From NCBI GenBank assembly GCA_016715425.1, contig JADKAC010000005.1, forward strand, positions 832,798 through 896,797: a stretch of 64,000 nt of DNA, written 5' to 3'. The stretch's first letter is position 1, and every line of letters begins with the position of its first letter. The notes beneath the pieces are model-generated. The model saw only the letters and a list, made by a program, of their open reading frames with translations, searched no databases and was not told where the DNA came from. Below are positions 22,661 through 32,975 of this stretch, piece after piece. Source of the DNA: Bacteroidota bacterium (GTDB lineage Bacteria; Bacteroidota; Bacteroidia; Chitinophagales; BACL12). A program made the translations under genes and the position numbers.

Positions 22661-24763
22661 ATGAAGAAAGAAAAAGTAAAAAGCCCAAAGTATAAAAGAA
22701 TACACCGTGATTTAAGCTGGCTTTCTTTTAATGAGAGAGTATTGCAGGAGGCGGAAGACATACGTGTGCCTTTAATAGAACGACTGCGATTTTTAGGTAT
22801 TTATTCTAACAACCAGGATGAATTTTTTCGAGTGCGGGTAGCCACTTTAAAACGCATGGCTCGCATAGAGAAATTGCAGATGAAAGAATTTGAATTCAGC
22901 CCCACAAAAATTATTCATCAGATACAAAAAAAAGTATTAGTACTAAAAAATCGATTTGATGAATTGTATTTAGACCTTTTACAGGAATGTAAAAAAGAAA
23001 ATATATTTATTTTAAATGAGAAGGAGTTAAATGCAACACAAGGAGCGCTGGTAAAACGATTTTTTATTCAACAGGTCCGCAGTAAATTATTTCCTATAAT
23101 GATAGATCAGGTAAAAAAATTACCTGTGCTAAGTGATAAATCTATTTATCTGGCGGTGGCTCTTACAAAAAAAAATGGTAACGGTTTCGCTTCAAATTAT
23201 TCATTAATAGAAGTGCCGGATATTAATCCATTGCGATTTTTTGTGCTTCCAGAAAGTGGCGATAAAAAATTTGTAATCCTTTTGGATGATGTTATCAGAT
23301 ATAATCTGCCGCAGATATTTCAAATGATGGATTATGATTCCATTGAATCCTATACTATTAAAATAACTCGTGATGCTGAATTAGAATTAGATATGGATCT
23401 TTCACAAAGTTTGTTGGAGGTAATTCAAAAGAGTGTGAAGAAGCGGGGGAAAGGCGAGCCGGTTCGTTTTATTTATGATGCGGAAATGCCGGTGGCGATG
23501 TTAGATTTTTTTTCAAAAAAAATGAAACTGCAAAAAGGCGATGCGATAATTCCCGGAGCCCGCTATCACAACTTTAAAGACTTTATGAATTTCCCTGATT
23601 TGGGTAGAAATGATCTGTGTTATAAAAAAGATATTCCGATTGCGCATCCATTATTGCTTGCAGGTAAAAGTGTATTCAGTGTATTGCAAAAAAAGGATAT
23701 TATGTTGCATCCACCATATCAATCCTTTGACCATATCATTGATTTTTTGCGTGAAGCTGCAATTCGTTCTTCTGTTACACATATCTATATGTCGTTGTAC
23801 AGAGTTGCAAAAGATAGCAGTGTTGTAATGGCTTTGATAAATGCAGCACGCAATGGAAAAAATGTAACGGTGGTTATGGAATTGCAAGCAAGATTTGATG
23901 AAGAGAATAATATTTTTTATGCACATCAAATGGAAGAGGAGGGCGTGAAAGTAATTTTTGGATTAAACAATTTAAAAGTACATGCAAAACTCTGTCTTGT
24001 TGTAGATATTGAAAACCGTAAACAAAAACAATATGGAATTGTGGGTACGGGAAATTATAATGAGAATACAGCAAAAGTGTATACCGATATTTTTTTATTA
24101 ACTGCTAAGCCTGAAATAACAAAAGAGATTAAGCAGGTATTTACTTTTTTCGAAAATCAATTTGCTGTAACGCCATATAAAAATCTCATTCTTGCTCCGA
24201 TGTACATGCGACAGAAATTAAAGCAATTGATAAGCAGAGAAATGAAAAATGCAAAAGTTGGTAAACAAGCAGAGATATTTATTAAAGTAAATAATTTGGC
24301 AGATTCTGCTATCATCAAGAAATTATATAATGCCGGAAAGGCAGGTGTGAAAGTGCGGCTAATAGTGCGCAGTGTTTGCTCCATAGTGACTGAAGTAAAT
24401 AATCTCAGTGATAATATTCAAGCGAGAAGTATATTGGATAAATTTCTGGAACATCCTAGAATATTTATGTTTGCGAATGGAGGGAAATCAGAAATATTTA
24501 TTGGATCAGCGGATATTATGGAGCGCAATTTAGATTTTCGTGTAGAGGTGATGTTAAAAGTATTAGACGAAGAAATAAAAAAACAAATTACAGATATCAT
24601 GGAGTTGCAATGGAAAGATAATATGAAAGCACGCAATCTTTCTTTGCAATATTTAAACGAATATATACCTCATGAAAAAGGAACAGAATTGATACGAAGT
24701 CAAAAAGCAATATATGATTATTTTACAAATTATTTCGACAATACAGTAAATCAAGCACATTGA
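22661..24763 (+). CDS. ppk: polyphosphate kinase 1
   Basis: N-terminal RDLSWLSFNERVLQEA, two PLD-like HKD-type domains (KVHAKLCLV) and about 700 aa. The track start is TTG 22625; ATG 22661 (MKKEKVK) is more plausible. Confidence 0.9.
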   Translation: MKKEKVKSPKYKRIHRDLSWLSFNERVLQEAEDIRVPLIERLRFLGIYSNNQDEFFRVRVATLKRMARIEKLQMKEFEFSPTKIIHQIQKKVLVLKNRFDELYLDLLQECKKENIFILNEKELNATQGALVKRFFIQQVRSKLFPIMIDQVKKLPVLSDKSIYLAVALTKKNGNGFASNYSLIEVPDINPLRFFVLPESGDKKFVILLDDVIRYNLPQIFQMMDYDSIESYTIKITRDAELELDMDLSQSLLEVIQKSVKKRGKGEPVRFIYDAEMPVAMLDFFSKKMKLQKGDAIIPGARYHNFKDFMNFPDLGRNDLCYKKDIPIAHPLLLAGKSVFSVLQKKDIMLHPPYQSFDHIIDFLREAAIRSSVTHIYMSLYRVAKDSSVVMALINAARNGKNVTVVMELQARFDEENNIFYAHQMEEEGVKVIFGLNNLKVHAKLCLVVDIENRKQKQYGIVGTGNYNENTAKVYTDIFLLTAKPEITKEIKQVFTFFENQFAVTPYKNLILAPMYMRQKLKQLISREMKNAKVGKQAEIFIKVNNLADSAIIKKLYNAGKAGVKVRLIVRSVCSIVTEVNNLSDNIQARSILDKFLEHPRIFMFANGGKSEIFIGSADIMERNLDFRVEVMLKVLDEEIKKQITDIMELQWKDNMKARNLSLQYLNEYIPHEKGTELIRSQKAIYDYFTNYFDNTVNQAH

Positions 24764-25671
24764 AATTTGCAGCAATAGATATCGGCAGTAATGCAATCAG
24801 ATTATTATTTGAAAATGTTTATGAAACAGATAATGGCCCTGTATTTTATAAAGATGAAATAGTGCGAGTGCCATTAAGATTAGGCGAAGAAGCTTTTACC
24901 TTAGGGTATTTCAGCAAACAAAAAATTGATTTATTAGTAAAGACAATGGAGGCAATGCGCAATCTGATAGAAGTGCATAATGTAATTGCATATAGAGCAG
25001 TTGCCACATCTGCAATGCGTGATGCAGCAAATGGTGCGGAGGTGATTGCAATGATTAAAAATAAAACAGGAATTAATATTGAAATTATTTCTGGCGATGA
25101 AGAGTCTAAGTTTATTTTACAATATCCATTGCAACAATCACATTTAAATCCACTTGGCGATTATTATTATATTGATGTAGGTGGAGGAAGTACGGAGCTT
25201 GCAATTATTAGTAATGGAAAATTATTGCACAACAAATCATTTAATATCGGGACACTGCGTATTTTAAATAATCAGGTTACGGATGATAGTTGGAAAGAGA
25301 TGATGCTATGGCTTCAAAAAAATAAGACAGATCTCCCGGATATTGCGGCAATAGGTGTTGGTGGAAATATTAATAAAGTGATGAAGATGTATGGTAAGCC
25401 GGGTAAAATGTTTATTACACTTGCCGTATTAAAACATGTTGCATCTGATCTTGAAAAATTAACTTTAACTGAACGCATGATTGAGTTAGGATTGAAACCG
25501 GATAGGGCAGATGTAATTATTCCTGCTCTAAAAATTTATATCAATGTGTTGAAATGGGCCGGGTTAGATAAAATATTTATTCCAAAACAAGGATTGAGTG
25601 ATGGAATAATTTCACAGTTATATAGTGATTATATTTCTTCAAAAGAAATTTCGGAAAGAAAGAAGAGCTAA
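24760..25671 (+). CDS. ppx: exopolyphosphatase (Ppx/GppA family)
   Basis: AAIDIGSNAIRLL and DVGGGSTEL are ASKHA phosphate-binding motifs. It overlaps the ppk stop by 4 nt and has a TTG start. Confidence 0.85.
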   Translation: MKFAAIDIGSNAIRLLFENVYETDNGPVFYKDEIVRVPLRLGEEAFTLGYFSKQKIDLLVKTMEAMRNLIEVHNVIAYRAVATSAMRDAANGAEVIAMIKNKTGINIEIISGDEESKFILQYPLQQSHLNPLGDYYYIDVGGGSTELAIISNGKLLHNKSFNIGTLRILNNQVTDDSWKEMMLWLQKNKTDLPDIAAIGVGGNINKVMKMYGKPGKMFITLAVLKHVASDLEKLTLTERMIELGLKPDRADVIIPALKIYINVLKWAGLDKIFIPKQGLSDGIISQLYSDYISSKEISERKKS

Positions 25672-25838
25672 AGAACTAACAAAAATTAGGGAGTAAGTTG
25701 TAAATTTATTTTTAAGGAAAAGCAATTACAGCACCCTAAGTGTTGACATTCCGGAATAATTAATATTTAATTAATATAGGTTTTTGAACTGGTAAATAAA
25801 TTGCAAATACCTTTACTGTAAAATAAATTAAGCTTAAC

Positions 25839-26513
25839 ATGCAATTTAAAATTCTGATTGTAGATGATGAACCTGACGTAGTTGAATTTATTGAATACAA
25901 TCTTTTGAAGGAAGATTATGAAGTGCATAAAGCATTTAACGGGAAGCAAGGTCTTCTTTTAGCAAAGGAAATAAAACCAGATTTAATTTTATTAGATATA
26001 ATGATGCCCGAAGTTGATGGTATTGAAGTATGCAGAGAATTGCGGGCAATTCCTGAATTTAGCCAAACGCTGATAGCATTTCTTACAGCAAGAAACGAAG
26101 ATTTTACTCAGGTACAAGGATTTGAGGTTGGTGCAGATGATTATATATCAAAACCTGTGAAGCCAAGGATTTTAACCAGCCGGATAAAAGCATTGTTGCG
26201 CAGGAAAATAAATGTACTTGAAGAAAATGGTATTCAAGTTTTTGGTGATCTTAAATTTGATAGAGAAAAGTATCTTGTTTATAAAAATAATATTCCTATT
26301 AATCTGGCAAAAAAAGAATTTGAATTGTTTCAATTGTTGACTTCTAAGCCGGGCAGAGTTTTTACTCGTTATGAAATATTCAGCGAAATTTGGGGTATTG
26401 ATGTGATAGTTGGAGACAGAACTATTGATGTGCACATCAGAAAAATAAGAGAAAAAATTGGGGATGATTTTATTAAAACAATTAAAGGTATCGGTTATAA
26501 GTTTGACTTTTAA
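25839..26513 (+). CDS. OmpR/PhoB-family response regulator
   Basis: Receiver domain (ILIVDDEPD, LLDIMMPEVDG, KP) plus a winged-helix output domain (RTIDVHIRKIREKI, GIGYKF). Confidence 0.9.
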   Translation: MQFKILIVDDEPDVVEFIEYNLLKEDYEVHKAFNGKQGLLLAKEIKPDLILLDIMMPEVDGIEVCRELRAIPEFSQTLIAFLTARNEDFTQVQGFEVGADDYISKPVKPRILTSRIKALLRRKINVLEENGIQVFGDLKFDREKYLVYKNNIPINLAKKEFELFQLLTSKPGRVFTRYEIFSEIWGIDVIVGDRTIDVHIRKIREKIGDDFIKTIKGIGYKFDF

Positions 26514-27559
26514 TGAAAAATCCAACTCCTAAGCAAATTGTATTTAGATCAGCATTACTTATTTCTTTGCTTTATTGCGTGTTGTCTTTACTACCTTTTT
26601 TATTTCCACAGCTTAATTATATTTTTTACTACACTATAATTCTAACAGCTGCAATTTTTGTAATCAGCTACTTTGTTTTTTTTCGATTTCTGGAAGCATT
26701 TATTTATCGTAAAATAAAGTTGATCTATAAAAATATTCATGATCTTAAATCCACCCGAAAGCTTACAAGTCAAACTGTGGATTTACAAAAAGACATTATC
26801 TCCGAAGTAAATGAACAAGTGGTAAATTGGGCTAATGAACGCAATTCTGAAATTGAACAGTTGAAGAAATTAGAAATTTATCGACGTGAATTTTTAGGTA
26901 ATGTTTCACATGAATTAAAAACTCCAATTACCAGCATTCTTGGTTATCTTGAAACACTAAGCGACGGTGGCATAAATGATCCTGATATCTCTACCGATTA
27001 TTTAAATAAAGCGATACGCAATGTGGAACGCATGATTTCTACAATAGATAATTTGGAATCCATAGCAAATTTGGAAAGTGGTGAATTGCAATTAAAAGAG
27101 ATTCCTTTTGATATAAATGATTTAACTAAACAAGTATTAATTGACATTGAATTACCTGCCAGGCAGCGCAATATTTCTATGGTAATAAAGGAAGGTTGCG
27201 ATAAAACATTTACAGTTATGGCAGATAAAAATCTGATACGTGATGTGCTTACTAATTTATTAATTAATTCTATTAAATATGGAAAACCTGAAGGCAAAAC
27301 AAGTATTGGATATTATAATATGGGTGAAAATGTTTTGGTTGAGGTTTCCGATAATGGTGTAGGTATTTCTAAAGAAAATTTAAATCGAGTTTTTGAAAGA
27401 TTTTATCGTGTTGAAAAAAGTCGTAGCCGTGAATTTGGAGGTACCGGTCTTGGCCTTTCCATCGTTAAACATATTATTGAAGCACATAATCAAACAGTAT
27501 CTGCACGCAGTACAATTCATCAGGGATCCACCTTTGGATTTACATTAAAGAAAGCGTAA
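26513..27559 (+). CDS. sensor histidine kinase (PhoR-like architecture)
   Basis: Two N-terminal TM helices, H-box FLGNVSHELKTPIT, N-box LLINSIKY, and G-boxes DNGVGI / GGTGLGLSIV. ATGA start/stop overlap with the regulator gene. Confidence 0.85.
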   Translation: MKNPTPKQIVFRSALLISLLYCVLSLLPFLFPQLNYIFYYTIILTAAIFVISYFVFFRFLEAFIYRKIKLIYKNIHDLKSTRKLTSQTVDLQKDIISEVNEQVVNWANERNSEIEQLKKLEIYRREFLGNVSHELKTPITSILGYLETLSDGGINDPDISTDYLNKAIRNVERMISTIDNLESIANLESGELQLKEIPFDINDLTKQVLIDIELPARQRNISMVIKEGCDKTFTVMADKNLIRDVLTNLLINSIKYGKPEGKTSIGYYNMGENVLVEVSDNGVGISKENLNRVFERFYRVEKSRSREFGGTGLGLSIVKHIIEAHNQTVSARSTIHQGSTFGFTLKKA

Positions 27560-27589
27560 TATTTCTTTACAATTTCTAAGAATTTTGAA

Positions 27590-30445
27590 TTATTTTATAG
27601 TCCAATATAAAGCTAAACTATACGTGCGGCCCGTTTCATATTGTTGAATTGTATAATCGTTTTCTTTATAGGAAATTGTTTTTAGATATTGCGAATTTAA
27701 AATATTCTTTACGCCAATTCTTATTCGAATATGATCTCCTATTCCCTTATTAATAAATGCATCTAACGTAGTTGCAGGTCGTTCATAAATATCGGGTGTT
27801 CCTGATTGACTTACTTCGCTTAATCTTTTTCCAAATAAATTATAGGTAACAATTGCATCTAATTTTAATGGTGTATTTGAATATCCTAAATTGGCATTAA
27901 CCAAATAAGGACTTTGTCCCTGAAATGGTCTGTAATCCGGGAAATCAGGATTGAAATTTTGATTCACTGCCTTTTCTAAACTATCTAAATCAACTCTGGA
28001 ATATATGTAGGAAAGATTTGTACTAAAGTCGAAATCTTTTAAACCAGAAGTTAGAAAACTTAGATTTTTTCGAAATTCAAATTCCAATCCATATACATAC
28101 GCCTTCTCTGTATTTTTAAATTGAAATTCAGGATTTGCCGCCTTTGGATTGTAAACTAAAATAATTGGGTTTATGAAGTTTTTATAATAAGCGCTCACCG
28201 CAATTAACTCTCCTGCCTTTGGAAAAAATTCCCATCGTGTATCAAAGTTGCTGATGTTAGTTTTTTGTAACTCAGGATTTCCTAAATAAATCTCTCCTCC
28301 AATAAATTCAAAAGAAGCAAAAGGTGCAAGTTCACGCATATTTGGTCGGGCAATAGTTTTGCTAAATCCAAATCGTAAATTCATTTTATCATTTAATGCA
28401 TGCACCATATTTATGGAAGGAAGAACATCTAAATCTTTAATAGCTCCAGGAGATTTTGAGGTATCCTGACTAGCAACATATATGTCAGTTGTTTCTAGTC
28501 TTGCACCTGCAATTAATTTCCATCCAGGTAAAAATTCGAATATTGCCATTCCATACCCTGCGGCTATTCCTTCATGTCCTGAATAATTATTTTCTTCCTG
28601 AGAATCATTTACTGTATATAGTCCAAAAATGTATTGCTCCTTATCAATATCATTTCCAATTATACCTGTATTATTAGGTGCAAAATATGTATCTGCATCA
28701 CCTGCATAATTATTACCATCCCTGTTCAACATTTTAAATCTGTACTCATTAAAATCTCTTGTCTTATAACTGTAAGCACCACCAAATTTTAATTTATTGC
28801 TTTTACTAAATGTTTCCGCAAAAGGAATAGATAAATCAAACTTTCCCTGATATTGTTTGTCTTCCAATGTTCTCCAAAAATGAAATGGTTCATCATATTC
28901 GCTTGAAGTAATATAATATAAAGAATCACCGACATTTGTATTTGCAAAAAAGCGAAGATCAGGATCCTCTTGAGATGTATTAAAAATACTTGCACCCCAT
29001 TCTAACTTTATTTCTTTTGCCGGATTTAATAAATGTTCACCAGCCAATTGATAGCTTAATAATGTTCGTTCTCTGAATCCAAGATTACGGGTTTCGAATG
29101 TTGCATCACTATTAGAAATGCCACCCGGCCAAGCACCATTTTGATATCGGCTACTTATTTCGGTATCATGATTATATAGAGTGGTAAATTCCAATTGGTT
29201 ATTATTATTTAATTTATATGCAAGATTTATCATGCCACCAAGCTGCGGTGATTCTACACTGCGAGCATCATTTAAATCATAATATTTTGTAAGACCGGGC
29301 GCATTTGTTTCTCCAAGAAAATAGGATGCAGAAGTACCATCATTATAACTTCTGAATTCACGTTTAAAATTTACACCGATATAATAACCCAATGGATTGC
29401 CCAACACATTTTTGGTATTACCAACTGAAAATGCTACAGCATGATCTAAGGGTGCAGTCATTTGTCGTGGAGACATTATTGGAGATAAAGATTTGGATGC
29501 AGAATCTAAAATATTAGCTAATTCCGGATCCTTCCTGGCAGGAATATAAAACCCTTTTGTAAGTAAAGAATTTACATCTTCATTTTCTAAAATTTCAGGA
29601 ATGGATTTCGTGCCATCATCATACCCTAACCAATCCAAGTTACCTCTATTCAATGTTAAAAATTGATTGTTAAAAGAACTTTGATCATTATATCCAAAAC
29701 CCGTAGATAAATTCATTACAAAATCATCAGGAAAACTTTTAGTCGTGATGTTTACATTACCACCGGTAAAATTTCCAGGTAAATCCGGAGTGAAAGTTTT
29801 AGATGTAATAATATTATCTAATAATCCTGCTGGAATAATATCCATTGGAGGACTATTTTTATAAGGATCAGTACTTGGCAATAATTGACCATTCAATTGA
29901 CTGGTAGTATAGCGATCACCCAACCCTCTCACATAAATATATTTACCATCAACTAATGAAGCACCTGTAACTTTTTTCATGCTTTCTGCTGCATCTGAAG
30001 AACCGTATCTTGCAATTTCCTGTGCAGAAATTCCATCTTGCACATTAATGGATTTTTTTTGTACAGATAACATTGAGTTGGCGGTATTTTCAACTTGACG
30101 AGCTTGAATTACAACTTCCTCTAATTCATTTTCTGAGGCGGCTAGTATCACATTTAAGGTAGTTTTTTCTCCCGGTTTTAAAACAATATCATATATAATT
30201 TGTGGCGAATAGGATATATAGCTCATGGATATTGAATATGTGCCTGCTTCCAAATCATCAATCCAATAATTGCCATCAAGATCTGTTGCAACACCTGTGG
30301 TAGTTCCTGTGATTACCACATTCACTCCAATTAAAGTTTCTCCTGTTTTGGAATCAGTTATTTGACCTCGTATGCCGCAGTTTTGGGCTTGTGTAGATGA
30401 AATTCCTATTATTAAAAGTAGAATTCCTAAACTGAAAAGTCGCAT
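27590..30445 (-). CDS. TonB-dependent receptor with an N-terminal carboxypeptidase-regulatory-like domain
   Basis: 951 aa. CarbopepD_reg-like segment (GQITDSKTGETLIGVNVVI), a plug region, and the C-terminal beta-barrel ending ...YSLALYWTIK. Confidence 0.85.
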   Translation of the reverse strand: MRLFSLGILLLIIGISSTQAQNCGIRGQITDSKTGETLIGVNVVITGTTTGVATDLDGNYWIDDLEAGTYSISMSYISYSPQIIYDIVLKPGEKTTLNVILAASENELEEVVIQARQVENTANSMLSVQKKSINVQDGISAQEIARYGSSDAAESMKKVTGASLVDGKYIYVRGLGDRYTTSQLNGQLLPSTDPYKNSPPMDIIPAGLLDNIITSKTFTPDLPGNFTGGNVNITTKSFPDDFVMNLSTGFGYNDQSSFNNQFLTLNRGNLDWLGYDDGTKSIPEILENEDVNSLLTKGFYIPARKDPELANILDSASKSLSPIMSPRQMTAPLDHAVAFSVGNTKNVLGNPLGYYIGVNFKREFRSYNDGTSASYFLGETNAPGLTKYYDLNDARSVESPQLGGMINLAYKLNNNNQLEFTTLYNHDTEISSRYQNGAWPGGISNSDATFETRNLGFRERTLLSYQLAGEHLLNPAKEIKLEWGASIFNTSQEDPDLRFFANTNVGDSLYYITSSEYDEPFHFWRTLEDKQYQGKFDLSIPFAETFSKSNKLKFGGAYSYKTRDFNEYRFKMLNRDGNNYAGDADTYFAPNNTGIIGNDIDKEQYIFGLYTVNDSQEENNYSGHEGIAAGYGMAIFEFLPGWKLIAGARLETTDIYVASQDTSKSPGAIKDLDVLPSINMVHALNDKMNLRFGFSKTIARPNMRELAPFASFEFIGGEIYLGNPELQKTNISNFDTRWEFFPKAGELIAVSAYYKNFINPIILVYNPKAANPEFQFKNTEKAYVYGLEFEFRKNLSFLTSGLKDFDFSTNLSYIYSRVDLDSLEKAVNQNFNPDFPDYRPFQGQSPYLVNANLGYSNTPLKLDAIVTYNLFGKRLSEVSQSGTPDIYERPATTLDAFINKGIGDHIRIRIGVKNILNSQYLKTISYKENDYTIQQYETGRTYSLALYWTIK

Positions 30446-30546
30446 GTAGTGCTTAATTTGCCCGCAAAAATATCAGGTCAGTCTTAGCGAATTTTTAACT
30501 ATAGATTAAGTGTAAGTTAACCTATACAAATAAAAACACTTGCATA

Positions 30547-30579
30547 TAAAAAAAAGCCGGTTACAATTTGCAACCGGCC
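30547..30579 (-). terminator. rho-independent terminator after the 30605-32266 gene
   Basis: Inverted repeat GCCGGTT (30556-30562) / AACCGGC (30572-30578), with an A8 run on the plus strand (a T-run on the minus strand) immediately downstream in the direction of transcription. Confidence 0.65.
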
Positions 30580-30604
30580 AATCAAGATTTCTATGAGAAA
30601 ACTA

Positions 30605-32266
30605 TTAATTAATAATGATTTTTGTTTCTGATATTCCGTTTAATGAACTCACACGTAATTGATATAAGCCAGAAGCAAGTTCGTCAGTTTCAATAGTGAA
30701 AGTATGCATACCTGCATTTAAAGTTTCACTATTTGCAATTTTAGTAACAACACGTCCTTGAATATCTACCAAAGTAATATTTACTTTTTCTGTCTTTGCA
30801 AGTGTTAATTGTAATGTTGCATTATCTATAACAGGGTTTGGATAAACAGCTATATCAGCATCTAATTTATTTAATTGATCAATAGCTATGGTTTCAGATA
30901 AATAACCATATTCAGAAAGAGCAGTCCAGATATCCATCCAATTTGTTTCGTTAGCAGCAAATGCTCCTTTGTAAGGAACAGTTGTAAAAAATTCATCAAG
31001 AGAAGTAGTAAGAGAAGTATTGTAAGCTGGACCTATTGCACTTGGTCTTGGATCTAATCCACCATTTGGTAAACGACTAATACCACCTATTTGCGGATTA
31101 ACAATAGTATTTTCATTATCAGTAAAATGAGAAATCAAAAAAGCACAAGTAGGATCTTCTGCATCTGCAGTGGCACGAATCATTTCACCTACTACTAATC
31201 CATCACCATTTCCGAATTCATACCAAATATTGTTTTTCAAATTTAAAACACCATCTTCCATACGTTGGCGACTGTCAACACCAGAAGCTTCAGGTAAATC
31301 TTCTACTTCAATTGCATAAAAATTATAACTTGTTATAATACTATTTGCTATCGTTCCACCAGAAGCATCACGGAATAATAGAGCAGCAGGATTTGCAGCC
31401 GCAGCACTAATACCACTTCCAATCATTGTTACATTATATACTGTTGGATTTGAATAAGGTGTTTGTCCATCAGGGATAGCACCATCTAATTCGCCGCCAT
31501 TATCTGCTTCATCAATATCTTGTAATACAAACCAAAATTGTCCATTACCACGAAATCCGGTATCCCAATCAAAACTATCATCCGAGTTACATGCTAATAC
31601 AAGATTTTTGATATTAGGTGTTCCACCAAAAAATTCAACACCATCGTCAGAGCTGGCAAATATTTCAATATATTCCAAGATAGTTTCTGAACCTACACCA
31701 CCAAGTGTTAAACCATTAATTTCATTTCCCGGAGCCAATTCAGCACCGCAATGTCGAATGGAAAGATATTTAATAGAACCACTATTATCGGAGTCATTCT
31801 CACCACCGTATTGTGCACGAATTTCATCAGTGGGTATGCCTTCAACTTGTGCAGGAGATGTTGCATTTCCAATGGTAGCATTGCCCAAAATAACTAAGCC
31901 CCCCCAAAGCGAACGGTCTTGTGCTGTAAGATCACTGGGGTCATTTACATCGTCTAATTCTGATGTCATAATTACAGGTTCTGATTGTGTACCATTCACA
32001 TTAATTTTTGCACCTTGTGTAATAATTAAAGCAGATGCATTATCTGATGAGGTGGGTGTTTCTAATCCTTTTATCACAGTACCCGCTGCTATATTTAAAA
32101 TTCCACCAGATTCTATATACACAAAACCATCTAAAAGATATTCCTTGTCTGGAGTCCAGTTATAAATTCCACTCCCAAGGTCTTCGTCTGTAATCACAAC
32201 CTGTGATTGCGCAAATGCCATAGTTGCAAATGCTGCATAAATTGATAATAAAGTTAATTTTTTCAT
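30605..32266 (-). CDS. secreted protein with a T9SS C-terminal sorting domain (beta-helix-like body)
   Basis: Signal peptide and the C-terminal VYPNPVIDNATLQL...GLYQLRVSSLNGISETKIIIN. Paired with the TonB-dependent receptor gene. Confidence 0.65.
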   Translation of the reverse strand: MKKLTLLSIYAAFATMAFAQSQVVITDEDLGSGIYNWTPDKEYLLDGFVYIESGGILNIAAGTVIKGLETPTSSDNASALIITQGAKINVNGTQSEPVIMTSELDDVNDPSDLTAQDRSLWGGLVILGNATIGNATSPAQVEGIPTDEIRAQYGGENDSDNSGSIKYLSIRHCGAELAPGNEINGLTLGGVGSETILEYIEIFASSDDGVEFFGGTPNIKNLVLACNSDDSFDWDTGFRGNGQFWFVLQDIDEADNGGELDGAIPDGQTPYSNPTVYNVTMIGSGISAAAANPAALLFRDASGGTIANSIITSYNFYAIEVEDLPEASGVDSRQRMEDGVLNLKNNIWYEFGNGDGLVVGEMIRATADAEDPTCAFLISHFTDNENTIVNPQIGGISRLPNGGLDPRPSAIGPAYNTSLTTSLDEFFTTVPYKGAFAANETNWMDIWTALSEYGYLSETIAIDQLNKLDADIAVYPNPVIDNATLQLTLAKTEKVNITLVDIQGRVVTKIANSETLNAGMHTFTIETDELASGLYQLRVSSLNGISETKIIIN

Positions 32267-32432
32267 TGCATTTTTATTTGCTGCAAAAAAAACATCACTG
32301 TCTTATCAACGAATTATGTCTTTGTTAAATGATTGTGAATTTATAAAGTAATTAATACTCAGTAGGGTAAAAAGAGCAGAATTTATATCTAGTATTAATT
32401 TTATTTGATAAGAATATTAACTTGAAGTTATT

Positions 32433-32858
32433 TTAGCTTTTCACTAAATTAAATGAGCCCGCTAAATCGATACATATTTTTTTTATTTCTTCTCTTGCGG
32501 TATGATACCGTTCCAATGTATTTAAATATGAGTCAGATTTTAATGGATCTGTTATCTCGTATTGTTCAAAAGGAATTCCATTTAAGCTTTCAATAATTTC
32601 AGGCGCTACATAGCCAAGAATATAGATATAATCAAATGTTTTTAAAATATTCTTATTGAAATCTACGGTAAGATTTTGATTTAGTTCAATACCATCTTCA
32701 AACATTACATCTAATGCAAGCGGATGAATTGTGCGGATATCCGTACTAGCAACAGTAATTTGTATATCACCTTTATTAAAATATTGCAAATATCCTTGGA
32801 ACATACGTCCAAGACTTGCTTTTCCTCTGGAGATAACGAGTATTGAATTAAGTTTCAT
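32433..32858 (-). CDS. hypothetical protein with a degenerate low-molecular-weight phosphatase/ArsC-like N-terminus
   Basis: ILVISRGKASLGRMFQGYL aligns by eye with the ILFVCTGNSCRSQMAEG P-loop, but both the Cys and the Arg of CX5R are replaced. A DP motif is retained near the C-terminus. Confidence 0.3.
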   Translation of the reverse strand: MKLNSILVISRGKASLGRMFQGYLQYFNKGDIQITVASTDIRTIHPLALDVMFEDGIELNQNLTVDFNKNILKTFDYIYILGYVAPEIIESLNGIPFEQYEITDPLKSDSYLNTLERYHTAREEIKKICIDLAGSFNLVKS

Positions 32859-32975
32859 TGTTGCTGCTAAATTAATGTAGTTTTAAAAAGAAAATATTAA
32901 TTTTTTTCTTACTTAATTTACACTAGCTTATCAATCAACTGATTTTCAACTTGTACCCTAAAAACAATTTAAGTC

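Noticed and set aside
22661-27559. The ppk1-ppx-OmpR-type regulator-histidine kinase cluster as a special system.
   Set aside because: All four are standard, intact polyphosphate and phosphate-signalling-type genes in a common arrangement. Nothing is unusual beyond the 4-nt and 1-nt overlaps.
31608-32165. A 185-aa plus-strand ORF, together with similar long ORFs at 47097-47555 (+), 35543-35965 (-), 58126-58575 (-), 11759-12202 (-), 37454-37912 (+), 4017-4394 (-) and 26172-26525 (-).
   Set aside because: Each lies entirely antisense to, or out of frame within, a gene with strong family motifs (T9SS protein, MgtA, TIR, AAA+ ATPase, PorV-like, acylase, RelA/SpoT-Fur junction, response regulator). 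Their translations are low-complexity with no recognisable motifs, so they are treated as shadow ORFs.
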